From positions 12,958,001 to 13,022,000 of the forward strand of contig JBHGNT010000004.1 of assembly GCA_043228905.1 (NCBI GenBank): DNA of 64,000 nt. The letters are read 5' to 3'. Origin of the DNA: Azolla caroliniana (lineage: Eukaryota > Plantae > Polypodiophyta). Made by a program: the position numbers and the translations under genes. Under the pieces are notes generated by a model. That model ran no database searches, was not told where the DNA came from, and saw only the letters and a list, made by a program, of their open reading frames with translations. Positions 25,601-38,700 of the stretch are shown here, piece by piece. Position 1 is the first letter of the stretch, and every line of letters begins with the position of its first letter.

Positions 25601-27973
25601 CACCGGAACCGGCCCCGATCCCGAAATGGATTCGGATGAAGAGGAAACGGAGGAGCCGGTTACCGAAGCTCCGGAACGGAGATATTCTCTAAGAGAGAGA
25701 AGGGCCCCCCGGAGATTTCCGGAACCAGAGCACGTGCTGCTAACCGACGAGGGGGAGCCGGAGAGTTTTGAAGAAGCAAAGCTTGACACCCATAGCCGCA
25801 GGTGGTTAAGTGCCATGCAGGAGGAGATGGATTCCCTGCATGAGAACCACACATATGAACTTGTGGAGTTGCCGAAAGGAAAGCGGGCACTTCGAAACAA
25901 GTGGGTGTTCAAGCTGAAACCGGGAGATGCCGGAAACCCCCCGAGATACAAAGCCAGGATCGTGGTGAAGGGGTTCCAACAAAAGAAGGGCGTCGACTTC
26001 GACGAGATATTTGCCCCGGTGGTGAAGATGACCTCCATCGGGACGGTGCTGAGCATAGCGGCAAGCGTGGACCTCGAGGTAGAACAGATGGACGTGAAGA
26101 CGACATTCCTTCACGGTGACCTCGAAGAAGAGATCTACATGCAGCAACCGGAAGGATTCGAGAAGAAAGGGAAGGAGCACCTGGTATGCCGGTTGAAGAA
26201 GAGCCTTTACGGACTGAAGCAGGCTCCCCGGCAATGGTACCAGAAGTTCGACTCTTTCATTACCGACGAAGGGTACCACAAAACGCAGTCCGATCACTGC
26301 GTGTTTGTGAAGAAGTTCGAAGGAGGAGACTTTCTAATACTCCTCCTGTACGTGGACGACATGTTGATCGTCGGACGGGACCAGGTCAAGATACGGATGC
26401 TGAAGAAAGCGCTTCACCGAACCTTCTCAATGAAGGACCTGGGTCCGGCGAGGCAAATACTAGGGATGCACATCATCCGGGACCGGAAGAAGAAGCAGTT
26501 GTGGCTGTCACAGGAGAAGTACGTGACAAAGGTGCTTCACCGGTTCAACATGTCGGAAGCGAGACCGGTCGGGTCAACCCTCCCGGCAAACTGCAAGTTG
26601 TCCAGCAAGCAAAGCCCCAAGACAAAGGCTGAGAAGGAGGACATGATGAAAGTACCATATGCCTCTGTCGTCGGAAGCTTGATGTACGCAATGGTGTGTA
26701 CAAGACCGGACATAGGATATGCAGTCGGAGTGGTGAGCCGGTACATGAGCAATCCCGGCAAAGAGCACTGGAACGCGGCCAAGTGGATACTCCGATACCT
26801 GAAGGGCACGGCAAACGTGTGCCTCCGATTCGGCTCCGGTAAGCCCGAACTCGACGGCTTCACCGATTCGGATATGTCGGCTGATGCAGATACCAGCCGG
26901 TCCACATCAGGGTATGTGATGACGTATGCAGGGGGAGCTGTTTCGTGGCAGTCGAGGCTGCAGAAGACGGTTGCGTTGTCAACCACGGAGGCGGAGTACA
27001 TGGCGGCTGTTGAAGCCGGCAAGGAAATAATATGGATGAAGGACTTCATTAGAGAGCTCGGTATCCGGCAGGAGGAGTACCGACTCTACTGCGACAGTCA
27101 GAGTGCCATCCACCTTGCGAAGAATGTGGCCTATCACTCCCGGACGAAGCACATCCAGCGAAGATATCACTGGATCCGGGAAAGGATAGAAGACCAGGAG
27201 TTCGTGCTGACGAAGATCCACACGGACGAGAACGGGTCAGATATGCTGACCAAAGTGCTCACACCCGACAAGCTGGAAGCGTGCCGGAAGAGGGTCGGAC
27301 TGGGAAGACATCCCATGCCGAAGTGAAGGGGGAGTTTGTTGGGATTACGGTCCATCCGGATGGGATGGTCAGATGTCCGGGAATCGGGAATGAAGACCCG
27401 AATGAGGAGTACCCGGTTTCGGATCCGGATGATGAAGACCCCGGCTACGGAGCCGGATGATGAAGACCCCGGCTACGGAGCCGGATGACGAATGTACCCG
27501 GAGAGAGAGATCCGGATGCGGGGACATATTTGTGAATATGTTTGCCAAGGGCCCTCTAGGCCTTATTTGTAAATAGCCCGAAAGTCATATGTGCATAAAT
27601 ATGACTTAGGGCAAACAGTTTTGTTGGTTGTTGCTCATTTTCTGTTTTCACTTAGAGGGAGCGAAGTGAGAGCAGCCGAGAGAGAGAGAGAGAGAGAGAA
27701 AGGAAGAGGTCGACGCCTCTGTGTAATACCGCCGCCTGTGGCGAGGACAGCGAGCTCAAGGTCGTCGCCTTGCAGCTCGCCATTGTACATTCCCTGCGTA
27801 TAGTGATAGTTGGAGTCTTGCACTCCCGTGGTTTTTCCCGTTTAGGGTTTTCCACGCTAAACCCTGTGCATTCGAGTCTCTCTCTGTGTGTTTTGGATTT
27901 ACTGCTGCACTGACTCGTGTTTCCTCGGTTGTGGCCGAGAGGTGAAGGTTTTTGAAAGCGTAAATTCCTAACA
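22613..27973 (+). mobile_element. Copia C, intact and young (Tnt1/Tork-like)
   Basis: LTRs at 22613-23221 and 27337-27973 with TG..CA ends are nearly identical. Perfect TSD GATAT; PBS TGGTATTAGAGC at 23225-23236; PPT AGTGAAGGGGGAGTT. Confidence 0.98.
23253..27326 (+). CDS. Copia Gag-Pol polyprotein (Gag-ZnK-PR-IN-RT-RNase H)
   Basis: Uninterrupted ORF, first ATG at 23253: CFHCGKPGHFRKNC, WVVDSGAS, LWHKRLCH, DNGGEY, LNGLAER, YVDDML, FTDSD, STTEAEY. Confidence 0.97.
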   Translation: MEGGSSGQPGMMVLNAQNYADWKIKMEDLLIVRDLYEPIDRSEIPKGVLETEWRLLNRKAVATIRQYVDVSVLQHVANDTNAYEMWQKLLGLYERKNALNQTSLMRKIVNLKYRDDESMVEHVSTFMGFVNQLAAIKFPLEDAMQAIMLMCTLPESWENLVVTLSTSCTEDNLSLQTVKTSILNEEARRRDKEPASDPKMLLTESDRGRQRNRSPQRREKSGTRSQSRGRPTCFHCGKPGHFRKNCRHYRKDNGADDTDSKKSSERNGAYRGATDRNGSDRRGQDRKGTTALAASEEEIMLITEEGELNIAGDETTWVVDSGASFHLTPERRYFSSYTAGEHGCVRMGNEGTCRIAGIGDVWLTTSTGCKMLLKDVRHVPEVQLNLISAGRLDDEGYTGSIRNCVMKFSKGSLIVARARKVNTLYLMNAWLCPEELNVAADTAGELWHKRLCHMSEKGMKRLAEDNLIPVKHVHLEKCTDCLAGKQNRTSFHSRPPTRRSAPLELVHTDVCQVETKSHGGAQYFVTFIDDHSRKLWTAPLKTKDQVLCVFKELHARVERESGKKLKAIRADNGGEYRGQFKEYCRSKGIRLEFTVPKTPELNGLAERMNQTIMERARSMLAHAKLPKGFWAEAMSTATYVINRSPSVPLDGDTPQRVWTGREVSYRHLKVFGCLAYVHVAKDRRGKLDPKTRPCIFLGYGDDEFGYRVWDPVDKKIFRSRDIIFMEDKTLADWESEKKMKSSKSTGEDQLYEEQSRPARDRLALEDPAEDGEETEPAEEDETDTGTGPDPEMDSDEEETEEPVTEAPERRYSLRERRAPRRFPEPEHVLLTDEGEPESFEEAKLDTHSRRWLSAMQEEMDSLHENHTYELVELPKGKRALRNKWVFKLKPGDAGNPPRYKARIVVKGFQQKKGVDFDEIFAPVVKMTSIGTVLSIAASVDLEVEQMDVKTTFLHGDLEEEIYMQQPEGFEKKGKEHLVCRLKKSLYGLKQAPRQWYQKFDSFITDEGYHKTQSDHCVFVKKFEGGDFLILLLYVDDMLIVGRDQVKIRMLKKALHRTFSMKDLGPARQILGMHIIRDRKKKQLWLSQEKYVTKVLHRFNMSEARPVGSTLPANCKLSSKQSPKTKAEKEDMMKVPYASVVGSLMYAMVCTRPDIGYAVGVVSRYMSNPGKEHWNAAKWILRYLKGTANVCLRFGSGKPELDGFTDSDMSADADTSRSTSGYVMTYAGGAVSWQSRLQKTVALSTTEAEYMAAVEAGKEIIWMKDFIRELGIRQEEYRLYCDSQSAIHLAKNVAYHSRTKHIQRRYHWIRERIEDQEFVLTKIHTDENGSDMLTKVLTPDKLEACRKRVGLGRHPMPK

Positions 27974-30900
27974 GATATCAAGTGCAACGATGGTTTCGAC
28001 AAGCGGAACTGAAGGAGAGAAATTAACGAAAGGCATGGTGTCCGTAGTGGAATACATGCTGAAGGTGAGAGATTGAGAAGCTTTAATCGACAAAGCTGTT
28101 GATCATACGGTCAAGATAGCTGGATGATTTGGTGGCAAGAACATAACAGATTTTCTTGCTACTTATCGGAACGAGATGCAACAAAGGGATGTCAATGATC
28201 TCAAACAAATTTCTAGCTTCAAACGTGTGGTCGAACCAGGGATCCGCGAGCGCGTCATGGAGATCCAAAACGAGCATGCAACTTGGGCAGAGTTCGAAAA
28301 GGCGCTTCTCGCTGAATACATGCTTGGAGACGCATCACGGATGACTCGACATACGCTAATGACTTGGATCGAGAAGAAAGGGAAGAATATGTGTGCATCT
28401 GGAGTATAGCTGGTAGCGGACTGAGCGGTAGTGAAGAAGGCTTATAACTGTCTTGATAAGCATCGACAATGGCAAGAGGAAACTGATATGGAGAATCCAT
28501 AATCGTGGAGGAGGAAGGCGCCTATGACGATGGAGCCTAGCAAGCCGATGAACAATTTCGACAAGAAAGCGATGGAAGAATCCATAATCGAAGAGCTCTC
28601 CAAGAAGTTTGAAGTGGTATCGTTGGCCAACTTAGGTCGACGCGGGCCCAAGGGAAAAGAGTGTATAGATGTGTGTGGTATGACAGCTTCGAGCACTCGC
28701 GAAGGGAGTGCACTGACTTGCAAGACACGATTCGCAAGAATGTCGTCTATTTGGACGGCAACATGATCCACTCGAGCGAGACCCGAAAGCCACTACGAGT
28801 GAACTTTGGAAGAGGCGGGTTGAAAAAGATCGTGGAAGAGGAGGAAGATGCAAGGCATCTAGAAGCCATGCACTATGCCGCATCGGCGGGAATACGAGTC
28901 GGAAGAGAGAATCTAAAGACGATCAAGCCGGGACCCGGGTTTTGGCCAACGGTATTCGAGTGCGAAAAGAAAGGAAAAATAAATTTGGAGGATCTAAAAC
29001 ATGTTGATCGGAATGTGCGACGAGTTACCGGATGGTCGGATCCAGTTGATGATAACACGAGCTTTGTGGAGGTTGTGTGTGACAACTATGAAGCTCTTGT
29101 TGAAGAGAAGAGGGAAAGAACCGGTGAAGAAGATGGCACATCAAAGCGTCACAATACGAGGAATGTAGGGAAAGAAGGACAAGCTCAACCTACGCCACGA
29201 AAAGAGATAGGAGAAACAAGCATGAAGCCCGATGGATAAACCCTAAACCCTTCTCGAATGGAAGTCGATGAATTTGTGAAGAAAGGAAAAGAACGAGCCG
29301 CGCCGACTTACAAGCTAAGGTCGGACATAGAACAAACAACCGACTTGCCGAAGGTCCTTGAGGAGAAGGTTTTAGACAGTCATGTCGACCTTACTTTGAG
29401 AAAGCTACTTGGGATCGCTAAGGAGTTCCACGATACTATCATGGACTTGATTAAGCGGAAGCGGCAACAATCGGATGAAGAGGAGGTGAAAACAAGTGCC
29501 ATAACCATGGCAAGATCGGAAGAGGAGGAGGAAGAAGAAGTGATGGCGGACAACCATTACTCTCGGCCTCATTGGGCAAGAGCAGGTCATCAAGGTATAT
29601 GGGCAACATTTGCAAAGCTCAAGGAGAAGCATTGGTGGCCGGGTGTTTACAAAGATGTAGCAAGCTATGTTGAAACATGTGAGCAATGCCAATTATACTT
29701 CAATATTCAACATAGGGATGAACTTCATCTGACATATCCATTATCAATGCACTATAAGTGGTTGGTAGACATAGTGGTTATGCGGATGGGATTGGGGCAA
29801 ATGAAGTATCTTGTGCTAGCAAGAGAGGATCTTACCAACCAAGTAGAAGGATGGGTGCTAAGGAATAAAACAACTTCGGCGGTTTGTAAGTTTCTCCTTG
29901 AAGATGTTATTTGTCGATATGGATGTGTTGGCAAAATAGTAGGTGATACGGGAGAATTAGATGCAAATGAAGCTAAAGAATTCTTTTCAAGAATAGGCGT
30001 CAAACTATCTCTCACCATGGCATACAACCCGGACACAAATGGGAAGGTGGAATGAGGACATAGTCCGATTGTAAAAGCTCTAGCAAAGGCTTGCGACGGC
30101 AAGATGGGGAATTGACCACGATTACTACCTTATGCATTGTGGGCTGATAGAACTACACATAGCACGACTACAGGATATATGCCGACCGAACTCATATTAG
30201 GGCAAAAACCAATCATGCCTATCGAGAAAAGTGTTGCTTCGTGGACATCTTTGCCATGGCAAGAGGAAATGAGTCGGGAAGACTTGCTAGCCATGAGGAT
30301 TCAACAACTAGAATGGAGGCTCGAAGATATCGAGTTGGCAATAGAACGGTTGCGCCAAGATCGATTGAAGAACAAGGAGAATTTTGATAGAAAGCATCGT
30401 CTTTGACAAAGAAAAATTGAAGAAGGAGATTGGGTTCTTGTCTATGATAGTAGTCTCGATAATCAATATAGCACTGCTCAAAAGTTCTCAAAACGATGGT
30501 TTGGCCCGTATATGGTCAAGAAAATAGAAAGCAATGCAACCTATTTTTTAGCGGAGTTAGATGGAACTCGACTTGCTTTGCCAATTGCAAGAAAAAGAAT
30601 CAAGATCTTTAAGAGAAGAGAGGCCCCAAATCTTGAGATCGAAGCTCTGGATGATATAGCCTCGAACATCGAGGTTGAAAAAGAGTAATTAAACGAGGAA
30701 CCTCACCACAATTAGCACATACTGGTGGATGTGCAGGTTTGGTGGGGGTGAATGTCATGTGGTTTTTCACACACGATATGAAAAATACTAAAAAAATTAT
30801 TTAAGATTAGCTTAATGTATTCATATGGAAAGATAGATGTCTTTGAGAGCTTCATAGCGTATTTTACTACGCATGAAACGGATAAACAAGTATCAAGTTA

Positions 30901-33900
30901 TGTGAGTGTGAAGTCTAAAGAAAAAAAGAAAAGACAAAATTGTGAGATATCCCACATAGATAGGACAACATTGGAACCCAGGATATATAAGGAAAACCAA
31001 AAGATTTTCATTCTATCAATGTGTGGAACACAGAATGTTCAAGGTGACTTGAGCTACATTGTGTGGTGTGCACGCTTCGGGCCAACGCGCGTTCGCACGG
31101 CCGCGTGGATGTTTTCAGATGTATGCGTGAACCCGTCTACGGTTTGGTTGCGACGCATGTATGGATTGTGCACAGGCTAAACTCTATGGATGATTGGGTC
31201 ATTTGGCCAAATTATACGGACGGTTGCATGCAACTAAAAGTAAAAGGCATGCAACTAAAAATAGAGGCGATGCAACTCAAAGTGGACATGCAAAGTAACA
31301 TTGGGGAGGATCAACAAATAACTCGATATATGTTCCATTTTTTCCTCTACTTTTTTTTGTCCTTCTTCTTCTCTCTCCCATTCCTGGGGGAGGAAATCTC
31401 TCTCATATTGATATCGAACCACTCCTTACATGGTTGTTGGCGCCTTCCTTTCAAGGATAATCTCTCATATTCATATTGGACCACTCCTTATATGGTTGTT
31501 GGCTCCTTTCTTTAAAAAACTTGATCTCTCATTTTCATCTCCAACCCGTTGTAACAAGATTCTTGAATTATACAAGAATCTATTTTCTTATGCTATAAAC
31601 GGATGTTTTTTCTCTCATCTACTCGTCTTATATGTGAATTTTGCTTGGTTTGTACATGTTGCACTAAATCCTTCTAGTCCAGAAACTTGGCGGTTCCGCC
31701 TCACGATCCTCACATAGTGACGGATTTTCACGACACCGGAGACGACAGTCCTCACCCAATCGTGCATATTGGAGAAGTTCCTTTGAGCTACGTCAAATAG
31801 AGGGGGAAGTTGATGAACGTATTACACGTTCCGACTATCACGAAGAACGTAGTGTCAGTCGGTCAAATCGTTGACCAGGGGTGCAGGTGCGGTTTACGCA
31901 CCTTGGGTGCTCCATGGAGGAAGAGAGCCAAATTATTGCACAAGGGCGTAGAGAAGGGAGGATATTCATCCTCGACACCAATGACGTCGGCACCAGTTTG
32001 TTCGCGAAAGGATAGAAGATTTAATCGGATGTTGATCTCTGGCACAAGCGGATCGGCCACGTCAATTACCGGAGGCTTCAAGACCTGCAAATGAAACAAG
32101 TTGTTTTCGGTTTGCCGAAGTTCAGTGGCCGGAAGGCCCAAATATGTGAAGCCTCCCAACTCGGGAAGGAACACCGACTTCCATTCCCCACTGAACGAAA
32201 CCATAGCCATAACAAGCTCGACCTTATTCATTCGAATGTGTGGGGACTGACACAGAACGTTAGTCTTGGCAAGAGTCGGTATTTCGTCTCCTTTATTGAT
32301 GACTAAAGCCGGCACACATGGATCTACCTCATTGACCGGAAGAGCGATGTCTTCGAGTGTTTCCGGAACCTGCAAAGCCTGGTTGAATGGGAAACGGAGA
32401 GGAAGATCAAGTGCCTGCGGTTGGATGGCGGAAAAGAATATTTTTCCGGCAAATTCAACTGTTATCTGCAGCAAAAAGGAATTCTGAGAGAGTTCAGTTA
32501 CAGATACACAGCAGAGCAAAATGGTGTGGCCAAAACGAAGAACTGGTCGATTGTCGACGCGGCAAGGGCAATGCTGGAGGAAAAGAGCATGCCCCATTTC
32601 TACTGGGCAGAGGTGGTTTGGACGGCTGTCTATATCCAAAACCGGATCGGTGACAAGGTGTCCGCGCTTGAGCTGTATTTCGGGCGCAAGAAGAATTTGA
32701 GACACCTTCGCATATTCGGTAGCATTGCATATGTGCATGTGTCGAATGAGAAGCGGAGGAAGTTGGATGCACAGTCGGAGAAGTGCATCCTGGTCGGTTA
32801 CTTGCATGAGCAAAAGGGGTATAAGTGCTATAACCCCCGGACGAAGCAGGTCTGTGTTAGCCGTGATGTTGAGTTTGATGAGACGGCATCATGGTATGCC
32901 TTACCGGCTCCAACTTCCGACCCCGACTCGATACCGGAGGATGAAGCTAGTGAGCTTGAATCGGTCTAGTTAGAAGATGAAGGGTTCGAGACTCTAGGTC
33001 TGAGTCCAGAATTGTTTCGGTTGAGCGGGCCGAACGAGCGGTTGAGTCGGGTTGACCAGTCGGATGAGGAACTGGCGAGTAGTGGAGACTCTATCGTGCT
33101 CTCCCCGCGCAAAGAACCCAGGAGACAGTTCACGCGCAAAGAGAAGGGGAAGAAGAAGATGCCGGAATACGAAACCGGCAACGTTGAGTCGGATCGGAGC
33201 GAATACGACTCCGGAAAGAATGAAGATGGATCTTTGAGAATGAAGTCCGAACCGGCCAAGAAGGGCCTCAAATCAGGTAACGATAAGTTACGCCGATCTT
33301 CCTGCCAGAAGAACCTCGTGAAGTGGTACGGGTACAATGAGTACATGGCGCATCACTATGCGTACATGACCAATGTGGCGGAAGTGCGTGAGCTGGAGAG
33401 CTACGCAGAAGCGGCAAAGGACGCAAATTGGCGTGCCACTATGAATGAAGAAATGTGGGCACTTGATGCCAACGACACATGGGATCTAGTTGACCCTCCC
33501 CGATAGTGTAAACCGATTGGATGTAAGTGGGTGTACAAGGTAAAGTACAATGTTGACGGTTCGGTTAACTAGTACAAGGCCCGATTAGTGGCGAAGAGAT
33601 ACGCACAGACCCACGGGATCGACTATGACAAGACCTTCTCTCCAGTAGCAATGATCACAACGGTTCGTGTGGTGCTGGCAATTGTTGTGGCAAAGGGGTG
33701 GCATCTTCACCAGATGGACGTGAAGAATGGATTACTTCAAGGTGATCTTGAAGAAGAGGTCTTTATGACCCAACCCCCCCAGTTTCCAGTCGGAGATGAA
33801 CAAGTCGGTGGTATGCTGGCTGACGAAGTCACTTTATGGCTTGAAGCAAGCCCCCCGAGCTTGGAATGCGAAGATCATGCACCGGTTGCGTAAGATGGGG

Positions 33901-35795
33901 TTTGCGGCCTCCAAGTCTGACTCTTCGTTGTTCATCTAGCAAGGTCCGGACGGTCCGGTTTGCATCTTGCTATATGTTGATGATTTAGTGATCACTGGAG
34001 CCAGACTCGATGAAATCACCCAAGTCAAGTCCTAGCTGTCGGACGCGTTTGAGATGAACGACCTGGGGGACCTTCACTACTTCGGCATGATGGAATGCCG
34101 ACCGATCTCCACACCCCTGGACCTGAACCAAAAGCTTCGTCTCGACTCCGGACCGGCCTGCGATGAGAAACGGTTCCGACAAATCGTTGGAAGCCTTATA
34201 TATTTGACAATCACCCGATCCGATATCAGTTATCCGGTCGGCGTGATCAGCCAATATATGCAGAAACCGACCGTGGACCACCTTCTGTGAGCGCATCAAA
34301 TTTTGCGATATGTGAGTAGCACGAAGGAACGGGGACTGTTATACCGGCATGGTATAACCGAAGAGCTAGTCGGCTACACCGATGCCGACTGGGCCGACGA
34401 TGCATCAGATCGCCGATCCACCTCTGGCTATATGTTTTCCCTTGGTAGCGCGACTGTTGCGTGGAGCAGCAAAAAGTAGCCAACACTAGCCCTTTCGAGG
34501 ACTAAGGTTGAATAGCGGGGCGCTACCGTTGCCACCTATGAAACCAATTGGCTTCGGCGACTGTTGTAAGACCTCTAGATCGAGGTGTTGCCCCCATCCT
34601 TATCTACTGTGACAGCATAAGCAGCATGTAGCTTGCCAAGAACCCTGTATTCCATGCTCGCACAAAGCACATAGAAGTGCACTACCACTTCGTGCGTGAG
34701 CGTGTCCTAAGAGGTGAAGTCGAACTTCGGTATGTTCATACAGATCGGCAAGTTACCGACATCTTCACCAAACCGCTCAGAACGGACAAGTTGCAACACT
34801 TTATCGAAATGCTTAGTGTTCAGCATCTCCACGTGCCACACTTGAGGGGGAGAACAGGCAATGACACTGGAACAGGCAAAGGCAAAGAAACTACCGATTG
34901 CGCCGGTGAGGGAAGAACCGACAAAGGGAGAGACAAGAAGAAGAAAGGACCTGAGTCGACAAAGGAGGTTGACACATCCGAACAAGTCGGAACAAGCGGC
35001 AACGGCGGTAGAGTCAAGAACCGGAAGAAGAAGGCCAAGAGCCGGACATGGTCTGATGTGGTGAAAAAGTTGAAACCAGAAGACAAATCCGGAGCGACTG
35101 ATTCAGACAAGAGCTCGAACGAGTCGAAGACAGCCGATTCGGTTCAACAGGGGGATTCGGAAGAGCCGGATCAACTAGAGGTCAAGCGGACGAGAACGTA
35201 GCGGAAGTCAATGCCAACACGGAGGAATTGGCGGGTCAACAAGCGCCGGAGTCACAACAGTGAGGGAGCTGAATTGGGCCTGTTGAGCAGACAAGTCGAC
35301 CGAGGAGGTCGAGGCGCATAGAACCAGAGGGGTCGCAGCAAATGGGACGGGACCGGACGAGGAGCACGAGTGAAGCGGATGGATGCCAGAAGGAGTTGGG
35401 TGAAAGGACCGGCTACCATGGAGACTAACACTACGATCCGACCTCAAGTTGAGCTTGAGGGGGAGTATTGAGCGGAAACCTCAACCGGATCCGCATCGGC
35501 TGAATAAGCCTGAGCCAAATCGACATCTAGAAGGATAAGCCGGATCGGTGAGTAAGTGAGCCGGTGAGTTGGGGAGCCAGTTAGTCGGATTCATTAGTAA
35601 CCGGAAGCCTAGTAGCAGCCCAGACTACTAGGTAGTTAATGTCTCATAGCTAGTGTCAGACGCTTGTGTGAGCATTGAAGTACAGTGTACTTCTGTCGGT
35701 CCATATGAACTTGTATAAAAGTGTTCACTGAACACATACGATGTACAAATTATTATAGAGAACTATTATTTTCTAAATAGAGGTTTGTGTGTGTG

Positions 35796-38700
35796 CGAGT
35801 GATCATAAATGATCGCACTACTAACTGACGGCGTGTGGCCCATGTGACAGAAAATGCACTTAGGATGACCCTATGGAATTGTAATGGCGCACTCTGGGCA
35901 CACCCCGGCCGCCTAGAGGAGATACTAAAGGTATCTGATATACTTTTCTTGGTAGAAACACATCAGAGCCCAAATAGAGGACTCCCACGGGTCGAAGGAT
36001 TCCGTTGGGAGTCCGCTTTTAGACAAACCTCACGTCGACACACTACTAGGGGATCTGGAGGTGTCGCGATACTATTTCGTAGAGAGCTACATAATAGGAT
36101 AGAAATAATGAAGATAGACCCAGAAGCTCGTTTTATGTGGGTGAAAGTCTCCACAAGCAAAGACCATGCAGTATTTTTCGCCATTTGTTACTTTCCCCCA
36201 AAAGGATCCCGTTATAATATTAGTGGCTTGACGAGATTAGTCGATGAAGGAATGCCACATGGGCCTTCTCCATACGAACCCCTATCGGATGACATAATCC
36301 GATATTCTTCCCAAGGAGAAGTATTTCTTGTAGGAGACTTCAATGCGAGAACCCAATCCCGACAATGCACAGTATTTCAGATGAATAGAAACCTAGAAAT
36401 GGTAAATGTTGATCCTTTAGACATAGGCACCACACGTAGATCAAAGGATCAAGGTGCGGACGCCACGAGCTTTGGCCATCATCTGCTCGAACTTGGCAGT
36501 CGGCACCAGATGGTCATATATAATGGTTTAGCTAAGTGGCCGGGCTCGGAAGAGCTCACATGTTTCCCACATGGAGGAGGGGAAAGCACAGTTGACTATC
36601 TAATAGGGCGCCCGGAAGCTACCCACATGATTAACTCCTTCCGAGTGGCCCCATGCCCTATTGGCGCAGACCATAGTTTCTTATACTTCGAGCTAAAATG
36701 TGATATCTCTAAGGTCACCAAGTCTAGTAAACCATGCCATCACACCACAATACATTTCACACATGAGCTCTCTGACATATACTCTCAACATGTTCAAGCC
36801 CATCTCCCCTCCATTGATCCCTCCCTACCGTTAGAAAGCCTTAGTACAAAACTCACACACATCCTTCACTCCGCAGCAGCTAGCAGTTTCCCATATACAA
36901 AACACTCAAATCAAGGTAGATCAGGATCAATGCCACAAAATAAATGGTATGATGAGGATTGTAGGGACCTACATAGACAACTTACAATATCGCAACTCAA
37001 TGGTAGTATTATCTCCATACAAGCTTGCAAAGAAATGCGTAAGATGACACGTCGTAAGAGACGAGCGTGGGAGGCATCCCAATACTGGGAACTCTACCAT
37101 ATGCTCATGAGTAGCGATTGCGCCACGGCATGGAAGAGACTACGGGAGCCAAGACCACAAACACCCATCGAAGATCCCGAAACTTGGCACACATATACAG
37201 AGAGACTTTACCAAATCCCAAACCAACCACCTTTTCCAATGCCTTCCACACCCCGGCCTACCACGGGGACACTTTTCATGACCTCTAGGGTCATGAAGGT
37301 CATAAAGAAATTACAACATAGGAAGTCCATGGACCACACAGGATTGTGAGCAGAACACATAATATATGTGAGAGAGTGCCTAGCTCCCTTGCTAACTCTA
37401 ATCTTCAATCGTGCCCTTGCGGAGGGTTTTCCACCACAGTGGACTATGAATACAGTGACCCCCATACATAAAGGGGGGGACCCCATGGACCCAAATACAT
37501 ATAGGACCATTATGATAGGCCATACCCTTGCTAAGTTATATGGTGCAGTAATGGAAGCAGAGCTTAGCGACTACATGGAGACCCTAAACCTTCGTGCACC
37601 TGAACAAGCTGGCTTTAGACGAGCCTTCTCCACTATTGATCACATCTTCACACTTAGATGCCTAATTGACCAAACTAGGGTTCGCAAGAAGAGATTATAT
37701 TGTTGTTTTGTGGACTTCCGCAAAGCCTTTGACACAGTCCCTAAAGATCGGTTGTCTGATAGACTTAAAAGCTTGAGGATACCAGATGATATGGTATGGG
37801 CCATCTACGCACTATATGAACAAGTGTCCGAGTGTGTCCGATGCCCAGGTGGCCTATACAATCGTTTCACTAGCACTATTGGTGTAAAACAAGGTTGCCC
37901 CCTATCACTGACGCTTTTTGGGATCTACATTGATGAGATCACAGATTTTATTGCTCGTGAGGGAGGCACCGGAGTAGTCCTTGGGGATACGCAGGTTCGT
38001 ATCTTGCTCTATGCGGATGACATAGTTTTGCTCTCTGAATCCGAACACGACCTACAAAGGCACCTTAATGCCTTAGATGACTTATGTGTACAACGAGGAT
38101 TGGTAGTGAATCTAGGGAAAATGAAAGTCCTTATCTTCCACACATCGGCCCAAGTTAGAGCTAAGTGTCACCTAACTATCTCCCATAGCCCAGTCGAGGT
38201 GGTTGGATCGTACGTCTATCTCGGAGTCACTTTTAGTGCCCGCTCAGGTAAATTTTCGATGACACAGGCAGCGAAGGATAGACTCACGAGAGGACATGCA
38301 TCCCTCTCACTCCTAGAGAGACAATGCCACCAAGCACACTTTCAAGAGCCACGGACTAAAGGGTGGCTCTTTGACTCATTAGTGACCCCCTCCCTCATGT
38401 ATGCATCAGCGGTTTGGGCTCCAGGATTACCATCCTTCATGTGGACGCAATTAGAGAGACCATTGGTGATGATGCTATCACGCAACTCCGAAGCAAATCG
38501 ACTGTACCACATGACATTATTAGGGCCGAGTTCACGTTACCCCCAATGCTAGTAGAGGCACTTTTTCAACTTGTAGTCTTTATTGATAGGATACATAGCC
38601 AACCACATGATAGAATATCTCATCAAGCCTTTAAGGCCTCTCGATCATTGTATGAGTCCGGCTATACTAGCTCATGGTATGGCATGATGGTGACTTGGCT

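Larger units (their letters stand above)
21418..31735 (+). mobile_element. Gypsy T2 (tRNA-Trp PBS), internally deleted, no PR-RT-RNase H
   Basis: LTRs at 21418-22566 and 30753-31735; 4-bp TSD CTGG/CCGG; PBS at 22575-22591. Gag is fused to integrase at about 29583 (RPHWARA|GHQGIWATF). Confidence 0.92.

Noticed and set aside
30965-31025. Third antisense A/B-box cassette in the T2 LTR
   Set aside because: Only a weak B-box-like GGTTCCAAT; the A box and spacing do not fit.
31863-32813. 316-aa antisense ORF, and similar antisense ORFs over Copia C
   Set aside because: Shadow frames of integrase/pol with no recognisable motifs; the paralogous region in B2 is broken.
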